Below are positions 26,283-34,677 of a DNA stretch of 64,000 bases, piece after piece. A program made the translations under genes and the position numbers. A model generated the notes under the pieces. The model worked only from the letters and a program-made list of their open reading frames with translations, searched no databases and was not told where the DNA came from. Positions within the stretch are counted from its first letter, which is position 1. Each line of letters begins with the position of its first letter. Origin of the DNA: a virus; IMG/VR virus record IMGVR_UViG_3300021371_000004, positions 1 to 64,000 of that record, one strand, 5' to 3'.

Positions 26283-26311
26283 ATTCTACAGGAACCGGAT
26301 TGGGATGTCAA
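26283..26311 (-). promoter_or_regulatory. Class B promoter driving the modification operon
   Basis: TTGACA-17-TAGAAT(AG), 25 bp upstream of the TET/JBP start. Confidence 0.8.
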
Positions 26312-26341
26312 CCACCCCAATTACCCAAAAATTCAGTTGAA

Positions 26342-26512
26342 CTACGCCTCTTCCTCGATCAATTTGCCTTCGAACATACTCCATTTCTTGTTCTTTGTTT
26401 TAAGGACACAACCATCAAAATAAGCAACCTTCACTCCCCCAGAAACCATCTCATTATAAAGGGAAGTGAGGTCGTTATAAGACTTTCTCTTTGGTTTATA
26501 TTCTTTCTTCAT
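26342..26512 (-). CDS. 56-aa hypothetical protein (not in ORF track)
   Basis: MKKEYKPKRKSY...; ATGA overlap with upstream ORF. Confidence 0.5.
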   Translation of the reverse strand: MKKEYKPKRKSYNDLTSLYNEMVSGGVKVAYFDGCVLKTKNKKWSMFEGKLIEEEA

Positions 26513-26721
26513 GGCATTGTTGAGTGGGATCTAGCAATTGCTTCCTTGTAGGCGGGGGTTGACCAAACATTGTCTCGATTCTTCCATTCAGTTCTATCAT
26601 CGAGTGCCTGTTCGAACCCACACAAGGCAGCAAACCCCAAAGCGTCATGGTCATCAACAGCGATGAAGTGAATGCTGTTTCCTTCAGAAACGCGAATTGT
26701 GTAATGCTTCGGAGTAATCAT
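26509..26721 (-). CDS. Hypothetical protein
   Basis: 70-aa ORF after gp46. Confidence 0.55.
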   Translation of the reverse strand: MITPKHYTIRVSEGNSIHFIAVDDHDALGFAALCGFEQALDDRTEWKNRDNVWSTPAYKEAIARSHSTMP

Positions 26722-26733
26722 AATATAACCCTA

Positions 26734-28452
26734 TCAGTTTTTGATTTGTGAGAAGTTTTTAACTTTGGTGAATTCTATCTTTGACTCAAACTTGCCTTCG
26801 AGTATCTCGCCCTTGTGAGATATAATGAAGACGTTAGTGTCTTCACCAAGGGTGTGGATAATCTTCAGGAGGTTATCGATACCTGCTTCGTCGAGAGAAG
26901 AATCAAAGGTCTCATCGAGTATGAGGAGGTTGGTGCTGATGCTGTTCTTCATCTTGGCAACCTGCCTCCAAGTGAATAGCAGTGCCAAGTCAATACGTTG
27001 CTTCTCTCCTTCAGAGAAAGAATCGTATGAGAAAGAATCTCTATGGCGTGAGCGAATCGTTTCTTCAAACTTTTCGTCAAGGTCAAAGTGGACATAGAAG
27101 TCCAAGATGGAGAGGTACTGGTTGACCATCTGGTTAATCACAGGCAGATACTGCTTGATAACCTTGGTCTTGATTCCGCTGTCTTTCAACATCTCTGATA
27201 TGACGGTGTTGTACGCAGATTGGTCGTTCATTGTAGAACGATCGGCGACCAGTTCATGGTATTCTTTCATGAGTTCATCGTATTCGGCATTCGCCGCTGC
27301 CATGTCAGACTGATTGCTACTCAGGGAAGAAATTTCTTCTTGTGTTTTCTTTATGTTTGCAGTGTAAGTTGCCATGGTACGGACATTGCTGTTTATCTCG
27401 CTGAGCAGAACCTGAACCTCTTCCATCTTAGATTCGAATTCAGAGATCTTGCTGTTGGTTGAATCTTTTTCGGCAACAAGTTCTACTTTGGCAGTTTGCA
27501 ACTCTGTTGCCGCTGCCCTTGCCTGTTCGAGTTTTTGTTCACGGAATCCCTCAGCAATGGTTTGGGTGCAGGTTGGACACTCTTCATTATTCTCGTAGAA
27601 TTTGGCTTCCTTCACGAGGTTTTTTATCTTCGTGTTGAACTCTGCCTCAAACCCATTCAACCTCTCCAGATTACCTTGTTGTGCTTTCAGGAGAGGGGAA
27701 ATTTCCTCAGTTACCCCTTCCGCAACTTTTTGGTTCTTGGCATTCTCATCAACGAGTTTGTTTATCTCTGCTGTGGTTTCTTCGATGAAATCTTCTTTCT
27801 GTTTCTGTACATCGTGGTTCAACTTGGAAACGTCGCGGATATACTTCTTCTGCGCGTCAACTTTAGTTTCGTTCATCGCGATTTGGTGGTACACGGTATT
27901 CAGTTTCTCTTTCAGTACCGCATTCTTCTCCTTGAGCAATGCATTCATCTTGGAGAAAACGCCAATGTCCAGAAGGTCTTCGATGACATCCCGTCTGTTG
28001 AGCGCGGACAACTGCATGAATGGTATGAACGAGGAAGAACCAAGCACAACAACTTGGTGGAAGGTCTTGTGGTTGAGTTTCAGGATATTCTGTTCAAGAA
28101 CCTTCTGGTACTCCTTGTTATGGGAGTTCTGGTTTATCATCGTGCCGTCGACATATATCTCAAACTTGATCGGTTTGATGCCGCGCACAACTTTATAGTT
28201 CTTGCTTCCCACGGAAAACTCAACCTCAACAACCATCCCCTTGTCGTTGATCGAGTTTACCAACTGTGCTTTCTTGATACTGCGGTGGGACTTGCCGAAC
28301 AAACCATAGGATATGGCATCAAGCATGGTGGACTTACCCGAACCATTCTGACCTACAACAAGGGTGTGCTTGCTTCTGTCAAGTTGTATCTCTGTCCAGT
28401 TGTCGCCTGTAGAGAGAAAGTTTTTGTATCGGACTGTCTTAAATATAATCAA
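26734..28452 (-). CDS. gp46: Recombination endonuclease ATPase subunit (Rad50-like)
   Basis: GQNGSGKS, CPTC zinc hook, FSEGEK, LILDETFDSSLD, IISH. Confidence 0.96.
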   Translation of the reverse strand: MIIFKTVRYKNFLSTGDNWTEIQLDRSKHTLVVGQNGSGKSTMLDAISYGLFGKSHRSIKKAQLVNSINDKGMVVEVEFSVGSKNYKVVRGIKPIKFEIYVDGTMINQNSHNKEYQKVLEQNILKLNHKTFHQVVVLGSSSFIPFMQLSALNRRDVIEDLLDIGVFSKMNALLKEKNAVLKEKLNTVYHQIAMNETKVDAQKKYIRDVSKLNHDVQKQKEDFIEETTAEINKLVDENAKNQKVAEGVTEEISPLLKAQQGNLERLNGFEAEFNTKIKNLVKEAKFYENNEECPTCTQTIAEGFREQKLEQARAAATELQTAKVELVAEKDSTNSKISEFESKMEEVQVLLSEINSNVRTMATYTANIKKTQEEISSLSSNQSDMAAANAEYDELMKEYHELVADRSTMNDQSAYNTVISEMLKDSGIKTKVIKQYLPVINQMVNQYLSILDFYVHFDLDEKFEETIRSRHRDSFSYDSFSEGEKQRIDLALLFTWRQVAKMKNSISTNLLILDETFDSSLDEAGIDNLLKIIHTLGEDTNVFIISHKGEILEGKFESKIEFTKVKNFSQIKN

Positions 28453-28460
28453 GGTTTACC

Positions 28461-29522
28461 TCAAACAATATCTTGTGATTGTGCTTCTGTCATAAGGTCT
28501 AAGACCTCATTTCTAATACGCTCTTTGTCAAGGGCAGTTTCTACATTCTCGACATATGCGCTGAGAAGGGAAGTCGTGTCTTCGATTTCGATGCCCTCGT
28601 CAGATACGTTTTCCCCAGTAAACTCGGAGAAGTCCTCTTGTATCTTCAGGTCGTAAACGTCACGTTGCATAACTCGGTCAACGAATCTGTCGAAGGTGAA
28701 AGAGTCAGACTTATTCATGACAACAACCTTAACAAACTGGTTGTCGAACCTGGAAGTGTCGAATTCGCTATAGTCTTCCTTCGTGTCATCGTAGTAAACA
28801 CGCTGGAACATAGTCAGAGGGTTTCTAACAGGAGTGAGTTCCCTTGTTTCTGTATCGAGGATGTGGAAGAACTTATCGTCGTGTGCATCGTTCCAGAAGA
28901 ATTCCATCTGGGAACCAAGGTAGTGGATATTGTCTTGGTTAGACTTGACGTGGTAATGACCGGAAAGAACCAACTCAAACCTGTGCAGGTTTTCAGCAGA
29001 CATACCGTGTGTACAAGGCACACCGCGCAGCATGTCAAAACCATTTAACTCGAAGTGCCCGCCGATAACATCAGCAGCGCAATTCTTGAGAAAGTCGTGA
29101 CACTTCTTTTCGTTTTCTGGGCATATCCAAGGAACAAAACCAAACTTCAATCCATCGTAATCAAGTACGCTTGGATCCATTATGATATTCACTTCGTTGA
29201 TGTAGTGTCCCATCAACTCCTTCAGAGAATTCAATTCGTTGGTGTTCTTGAAGTATGTGTCGTGATTACCACAGATAATATCCATGGTAATGTTATCAGC
29301 GCGTAACCTGTCCAGAAAAACTTCTCGGTTACTGTTGAGTGCTTTGACGTTTATCTGTCGTCGATTTTCGTAATAATCCCCCAAGTGGATTATATTTTTG
29401 ATATTGTGTTCTGCCAGATACGGGAAGAATACGTTGTTGTAAAAATTTTCTTGGTAGGCAATGAATATATCACTGCTCTGCCTGATGCCACAATGGGTAT
29501 CATTCAGTATCGCCAACTTCAT
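28461..29522 (-). CDS. gp47: Recombination endonuclease subunit (Mre11-like)
   Basis: DTHCG, HLGD, GNHD, GHFE, SGHYH. Confidence 0.96.
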   Translation of the reverse strand: MKLAILNDTHCGIRQSSDIFIAYQENFYNNVFFPYLAEHNIKNIIHLGDYYENRRQINVKALNSNREVFLDRLRADNITMDIICGNHDTYFKNTNELNSLKELMGHYINEVNIIMDPSVLDYDGLKFGFVPWICPENEKKCHDFLKNCAADVIGGHFELNGFDMLRGVPCTHGMSAENLHRFELVLSGHYHVKSNQDNIHYLGSQMEFFWNDAHDDKFFHILDTETRELTPVRNPLTMFQRVYYDDTKEDYSEFDTSRFDNQFVKVVVMNKSDSFTFDRFVDRVMQRDVYDLKIQEDFSEFTGENVSDEGIEIEDTTSLLSAYVENVETALDKERIRNEVLDLMTEAQSQDIV

Positions 29523-29524
29523 AA

Positions 29525-30112
29525 TTATTCCTCGAAGAAATTAGAGAGGTCTGAGTCGACACGCACAGTGCGTTTCGTCTTCATAACCTTCTTGTGCTCT
29601 TTGACCTTTTCGTCTTTCTCCTTGACGTCATCTATCCTTCTTCGCAGGTTATCGACAAAGGACTGAACTGCCTTGGCGACCTGCGGGTCTTCATCGGCAT
29701 CAATCATGAACTCTTCGAGTCCTGACTCTGCCAGATAATTCATTTTAACTTCCTGCTGCCTTTGTTCTTTCTTGATGCGCCGAAGGAATGCATACCAAGA
29801 GATCTGGGTGAAGTACCCAAACGCATTTGGTTTACCCTTGCGTGTTGCTGCTTCAACGTCATAGTTCTTGCATGCACGGAGGCAATTCTCAACAGCATCC
29901 ATTACCATCTCTTCACGGTAGGTGTAACGAACAAAGTTGGATTTGTGAGAAAGACCCTCTGCGATTTTGAGAAAACACTCGGCAACGTAGGTGGGCATGA
30001 TGGGCGGCACAACCCCATCATTGTCTGCTTTATTGACAGCGGTGACATGGTCAACAACTGCCTGTGAGAACTGTGCATTGTTGACGTAATGCGGACGTTC
30101 ACTTGGTTTCAT
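29525..30112 (-). CDS. gp55: Late-transcription sigma factor
   Basis: HYVNN, FLKIAEGLS..NF..YTYREEM..DA.ENC, NAFGYFTQI...AFLRRI.KE. Confidence 0.95.
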   Translation of the reverse strand: MKPSERPHYVNNAQFSQAVVDHVTAVNKADNDGVVPPIMPTYVAECFLKIAEGLSHKSNFVRYTYREEMVMDAVENCLRACKNYDVEAATRKGKPNAFGYFTQISWYAFLRRIKKEQRQQEVKMNYLAESGLEEFMIDADEDPQVAKAVQSFVDNLRRRIDDVKEKDEKVKEHKKVMKTKRTVRVDSDLSNFFEE

Positions 30113-30145
30113 AATAAATTCCAGTGTTCCTTGATTAGAAACTCT

Positions 30146-30174
30146 ATTCTATACGAACAGGATCGAAATGTCAA
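30146..30174 (-). promoter_or_regulatory. Class B promoter for gp55-47-46
   Basis: TTGACA-17-TAGAAT(AG). Confidence 0.8.
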
Positions 30175-30584
30175 TCTTCGGTCAATAGTTTGGGGGATGA
30201 AGGAAATGACAGAACATTGCTGCTCGAGTCCTCTGTTTCTTCTCCAGTTGTAGTAGATGCATCAGTGAGCATCTCTTGTATGCTAACAAGGGAGTTGGTG
30301 TACTGTTCTATCACCTTCTTACTCGGAGCATTGACAGTTACTATGGATGATGGGTTGATGGAAATCAATACGTCCAACCGCTCGGGGTATGAGATAAATG
30401 GTCGTAAGATATAGTACGAGGTCTTCAAAGATTCGTCATAATCCGGATCTTCGAGTTCCACAGCAACCATTTCAAGTGCGCAGTTGACACTAAACGTAGA
30501 GTCATTTTCGTTGAACTTCTGTGCGATAATTTCTTGTCCAGTTACAAGTTTGACTTGTACAATCTTTTCGTTTTCGACGTTCAT
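30171..30584 (-). CDS. Hypothetical protein downstream of uvsW
   Basis: VKLVTGQEII pattern; usual position in T4-like genomes. Confidence 0.75.
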   Translation of the reverse strand: MNVENEKIVQVKLVTGQEIIAQKFNENDSTFSVNCALEMVAVELEDPDYDESLKTSYYILRPFISYPERLDVLISINPSSIVTVNAPSKKVIEQYTNSLVSIQEMLTDASTTTGEETEDSSSNVLSFPSSPKLLTED

Positions 30585-32044
30585 AGTTTCACCTTATGTA
30601 TTTCTAAATTGAATTTTTCAGTGTTGTACATCTTAACCCTCTCCCCTGCGTGCTTTAGGGTGAAGTTCTTTTTCGACTTAATGGATAAGTCGTCCGACAA
30701 GTCAAACAATAGTGTACCCTGCCCATTATCTGATTTGCGTAATCCCCTACCAATGGACTGCAAAACCTTCACCTGCGATTTAGAAGGCGAGGCAAATACA
30801 ATGTTGTGTAGGTTCTTTATATTGATACCCGTGCTGAACGTTCCCAGGGAAGCAACGATGATGGCACCATCACTACGCTCAACGATTCCTCGAATCGCCT
30901 CACGGTCAGAAACATCAGTACCACCGTGCACATAGAAGACAGTATCGCTCTTTTCCTTGATCATTCCGTAGAGGACTTCTCCATGCTTCTCCACGAACTG
31001 ATACAGCACAAGGGTGTTACCTGTTTGCGTGAGTGCTATGTTTCGTATCAACTTGTTTCTGGGTTCATACCCAACAAGGAAGTCGACTTCTTCCTGATAT
31101 GTTCGGTCTTTGTTTCTTTGTCTTTCCTCTTTTGGGTAGTCCAATAGTAGCATATCGATGTGCAGTTCAGCGAGTGTGCCACTGTCCTGTAGATCCCTTG
31201 TGAACGTGACCCTCTTTGTCGGACCAAACAACCCTTCCAAAACCAGTTTGTTTACCTGTGTGCCATCCAAGGTTCCCGTTGTACCAAACCGATATTCTGC
31301 TTCGGTGCACTTATTCATCATGGTAGTGAGTGATTTTGCTTTGAACAGGTGACACTCATCGCCAAATACGCATCCAAAGGCATCGAACCAGTCCTTTCCA
31401 AGACGATAAACAGACTGCCACGTGGTAACGATAACCCGCTTCTTCGTTATCTTATCCTTGCCGGAATAGATCTTGTGGACTTCGGTTTCTACGTCCATCC
31501 CATAGTCGGAAAAGTCCTTGTACATCTGCTCTACGAGGGAAGTGGTTGGGACGACAACAAGGACAGACTTTTCATAACTGTCCAGATACCAACGCATGAG
31601 ATTGTAGATGATAAATGACTTACCAGAACCAGTTGGTGAAAGAAGCAAGCAACGTTTGTGTTCTATGGCGTGAGTGATTGCATCATACTGGTAGTCACGT
31701 GGAGCAAATGGCATGCCCCAAATTGCCTGAGAAGAAACTAGGTGTTGGTGGTTAACGGTGTTTCTTTGGTTGGGCAGTCCGTAATCACTGTGTTCCATCT
31801 GTAAGTGGTAGTGTCTGTCTGCCGCGAACCTACAGAGTTTTGTATAGAGTCCTACATTCAGTTCTGAAGTAACGCCGGAAAACAGGCGGATTCTTCCGTC
31901 CCATTTGCGCTGCTTGAAGGCGGGCATCCACTTATAACCTGGAGCAAAAAACGCAAAGTATTCGTTCAACTCCGCTCGGATTCCTGCATCACAATCAACG
32001 TACATCATAGAATGGTTTAACATCTTAACCGTAAGTTTTCCCAT
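30581..32044 (-). CDS. uvsW: SF2 DNA helicase
   Basis: PRDYQ, SPTGSGKS, DECH, GTTGT, QSIGRGLR. Confidence 0.96.
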   Translation of the reverse strand: MGKLTVKMLNHSMMYVDCDAGIRAELNEYFAFFAPGYKWMPAFKQRKWDGRIRLFSGVTSELNVGLYTKLCRFAADRHYHLQMEHSDYGLPNQRNTVNHQHLVSSQAIWGMPFAPRDYQYDAITHAIEHKRCLLLSPTGSGKSFIIYNLMRWYLDSYEKSVLVVVPTTSLVEQMYKDFSDYGMDVETEVHKIYSGKDKITKKRVIVTTWQSVYRLGKDWFDAFGCVFGDECHLFKAKSLTTMMNKCTEAEYRFGTTGTLDGTQVNKLVLEGLFGPTKRVTFTRDLQDSGTLAELHIDMLLLDYPKEERQRNKDRTYQEEVDFLVGYEPRNKLIRNIALTQTGNTLVLYQFVEKHGEVLYGMIKEKSDTVFYVHGGTDVSDREAIRGIVERSDGAIIVASLGTFSTGINIKNLHNIVFASPSKSQVKVLQSIGRGLRKSDNGQGTLLFDLSDDLSIKSKKNFTLKHAGERVKMYNTEKFNLEIHKVKL

Positions 32045-32076
32045 AATATATCCACAAGTATTATTCTTGTAGGTAT

Positions 32077-32517
32077 TTAGGCACCTGCTTCAAACTGCTT
32101 CCAGCGAATTGCATTACCTATCGTCTGGTGACGCCACTTCAAGGTGTCGATTATCTCTTTAAGTGCTTCTAGCATGGTTTTGAAGTATACAACCTTTGCT
32201 TCGCTCTGTTGTATCTCTGGGTCGCTGTCATAGTAGTATGACAGGTCACCCTTCATTATCTTCAAACCATCGAATGGGTCGGGGTTCCAACCAAGCGCAG
32301 AAACTTCTTCTTGGGACAACTTGCCGTTGTACCAGAGAAACTTGTTCTTGAGAAGTATTTGCTGTTTCTCTTCTGCTCGTTTCAGAAGCAATTTGGTTTG
32401 TATATGATAACCCAAATACTTCGCGTGCAACTTGGGAGTGTCACGGGAAGCTTCATCAAGGTTATGTCCAATCTCACAGTCTTCGCCCCACTGGGCAAGG
32501 ATATCATTTAAGTCCAT
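32077..32517 (-). CDS. uvsY: Recombination mediator
   Basis: PKLHAKYL, WYNGK, R.QTI.NAI.W..FEAG. Confidence 0.92.
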   Translation of the reverse strand: MDLNDILAQWGEDCEIGHNLDEASRDTPKLHAKYLGYHIQTKLLLKRAEEKQQILLKNKFLWYNGKLSQEEVSALGWNPDPFDGLKIMKGDLSYYYDSDPEIQQSEAKVVYFKTMLEALKEIIDTLKWRHQTIGNAIRWKQFEAGA

Positions 32518-32520
32518 AAA

Positions 32521-33036
32521 TTATTTAATTATCTCAAAGTAGGAAAATCGAAAGGATACTGGAAAGGCGACATATTCAACTGATTGGTTCTGTGCTTCAA
32601 AAGTTATATCACCGACAGCAGTGGGGAGAGCATCAACGTACTTGAACTTGACGCTAGCGTTGTTATGACTGGATAGTGCCACGATGGTTATATCCGCATA
32701 GTTTGGGGTGGTTGACGTTTTACCAGAAAAATTGTCCCTTTTCGTGATCATGTCTTCATTCACGGTTCTCAGCAACCAGTCGTATACCTCTGTATATGAG
32801 TTCATATCTTCGTCGAGAAGAACCTGCATCGACAGATCACTATACTCGATTGAACTTCCAGGCATTGGAACACTGGCGATTCTGGAAAACGGTGTTTCCA
32901 CCGCAGGGCAAGTTGCGCCTGGATGGTTAATTGACTGAACAAAGAATTCAAGGTTGCCGTAGTTTTTACGGTCAATAAGAACCCTGAACCCTGTGGGTTG
33001 AAAATAGTTTATATTAGTACCTATACTGCTCGACAT
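32521..33036 (-). CDS. gp3: Tail completion / tube terminator protein
   Basis: NYFQPTGF, FFVQSIN.PG, LDEDMNSY.E.YDW, F.FSYFEI. Confidence 0.9.
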   Translation of the reverse strand: MSSSIGTNINYFQPTGFRVLIDRKNYGNLEFFVQSINHPGATCPAVETPFSRIASVPMPGSSIEYSDLSMQVLLDEDMNSYTEVYDWLLRTVNEDMITKRDNFSGKTSTTPNYADITIVALSSHNNASVKFKYVDALPTAVGDITFEAQNQSVEYVAFPVSFRFSYFEIIK

Positions 33037-33062
33037 TGTATTCTCCTCTAACCTGACTCTCT

Positions 33063-33090
33063 ATTATCGTTATTTAGGATGAAATGTCAA
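33063..33090 (-). promoter_or_regulatory. sigma70-type promoter with embedded late-like CTAAATA
   Basis: TTGACA-16-GATAAT(AG). Confidence 0.55.
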
Positions 33091-33196
33091 CATATTGTGA
33101 TGAACTTTAAAACGCCTAATTTTTAGGGGCGAAAATTTCAAGGACGATTTGTATATCAACATCATGGAGGTTTTGGGGGTCACCTTTTTTCAGGCA

Positions 33197-33220
33197 TAAA
33201 AAAACCCGCTTGCGCGGGTT
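33197..33220 (-). terminator. Rho-independent terminator after gp23
   Basis: AACCCGC-GCAA-GCGGGTT followed by a T tract. Confidence 0.85.
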
Positions 33221-33312
33221 AAAACCTTTTATAATTATTCTGGTTTTTGTCCCAAGGTAGTGGGATGATTAGACCCGCCTAGACGGGTCTGATCGTTTAC
33301 CAATTTACCGGA

Positions 33313-34647
33313 TTAGGCAGCAACCATCAGGTTGTCTACGCGGAAGATGCGGTAGTATTGGTTAGTCTTAGCATCAGCCAGACCGTTAGCAGGAGTTTCT
33401 CCAACGAAGGGGTTAGAAGCCATGCCGTAGCGTGTCTTGAACCCGATGCGTGGTTGGAAGTCATCCTCGCCAACAGCGCGAACCATTTGCAGAGGAACGT
33501 ATGGGCAGTAGAATACACCTGCGTCATAAGGGTTGGTGCCTTTGTAACCAACGGTTACATAGTCAGCAACAGCATATGGATCGATGTATACACGGATACG
33601 ACCGTTGATAACACCAGCAAAAGTATTGCCAGTATCGTCAACCTGCAGACCAGTGGCCAGAGCAGGAGCGTAGTCGAGTTGACCAGACATGCTCAGGGCA
33701 GTAGCAACGTCAGAAGAGACGATAGCAATGTTACCTTTACCGCGACGAGTATCTTTCGCGATTTGGTTACATTCACGGTCAAGTTGAACCAACAGACCCT
33801 TGAACTTCTCAGCAGACCAACGTCCATCAGCATCAGTGCTGAGGTCGAAGATACCATTTACTGCAGTGTTGTCAGTAGAGGCACCAGTCAATGCTTGGCT
33901 GTTGATAGTACGGATAACTTCACGGTTGATTTCAGCAAGGATCTCAACAGAAAGAATGTTAGCCAGTTCAGACTCAGCGTCCAGACCGTGGATTGCTTTC
34001 AGGTCTTGTGCCAGTTCAATGGTGTACTCTGCTTTCAGGGCACGAGACTTTGCTTCAACAGAAGCTTTCTCGATGCTGAAACCCATCTCAGCGAATTTAC
34101 TTCCGGTGTTACCCAGAGCTTCAGCGTCAACAGTTGGCATAGCACCACCAACACTTGGACCAGTGCGCTGGTCGTGAATAGTGCTGTCAGCGTTAGTGTC
34201 AGTAAGTGTGGCAAGACCAGAAGGTCCACCGCTCTGAGTGACAGAACTGTCGCCAGAGAAAGGAGTTACTGCTTCAGCGAACAATGCTTCGTCACCAGTA
34301 GTTGCTCCACCACGGTCAGACTTGTACTTGCTCTTCATGGCGAAGATCAGTCCAGTAGGACCAGTCATAGGCTGTACGCCACATACGTCATATGCCATAA
34401 GGTTAGGCATAGCGCGACGAACGAGAGAGATCAGTACGGGATCCCAGTTAGCAGCAGAACCAGTGTTGTTAGCAGCAGTTTCGTTCAGAAACTGAGACTG
34501 TGAACCTTCAGCAATCATTGCGCGTTCTTGGTTTTCAAGAACAGCAGCAGTTACATTGCGTCGGTGACGGTCATCGATGCTACCAGCAGATTCTTCGTTA
34601 AGTACTGGTGCCCACTTGGATACCAGTGATTCGTAGTTAATTTCCAT
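33313..34647 (-). CDS. gp23: Major capsid protein
   Basis: KWAPVL, LISLVRRAMP, GVQPMTGPTGLIFAM, LKAEYT.ELAQDLKAIHG, FYCPYVPL, GFKTRYG. Confidence 0.99.
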   Translation of the reverse strand: MEINYESLVSKWAPVLNEESAGSIDDRHRRNVTAAVLENQERAMIAEGSQSQFLNETAANNTGSAANWDPVLISLVRRAMPNLMAYDVCGVQPMTGPTGLIFAMKSKYKSDRGGATTGDEALFAEAVTPFSGDSSVTQSGGPSGLATLTDTNADSTIHDQRTGPSVGGAMPTVDAEALGNTGSKFAEMGFSIEKASVEAKSRALKAEYTIELAQDLKAIHGLDAESELANILSVEILAEINREVIRTINSQALTGASTDNTAVNGIFDLSTDADGRWSAEKFKGLLVQLDRECNQIAKDTRRGKGNIAIVSSDVATALSMSGQLDYAPALATGLQVDDTGNTFAGVINGRIRVYIDPYAVADYVTVGYKGTNPYDAGVFYCPYVPLQMVRAVGEDDFQPRIGFKTRYGMASNPFVGETPANGLADAKTNQYYRIFRVDNLMVAA

Positions 34648-34677
34648 TTTTTAATCTCCTTGAGAGTGTAATGGTTT

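Noticed and set aside
27496-28656. 386-aa plus-strand ORF (likewise 33358-34503, 51663-52973, 11736-12521 and other + strand ORFs)
   Set aside because: Antisense shadows of well-supported minus-strand genes; no recognisable motifs or dedicated expression signals.
33037-33312. Intergenic gap as replication origin or ncRNA
   Set aside because: Largely explained by a hairpin (33271-33290), the gp23 terminator and the gp3 promoter; no iterons seen.
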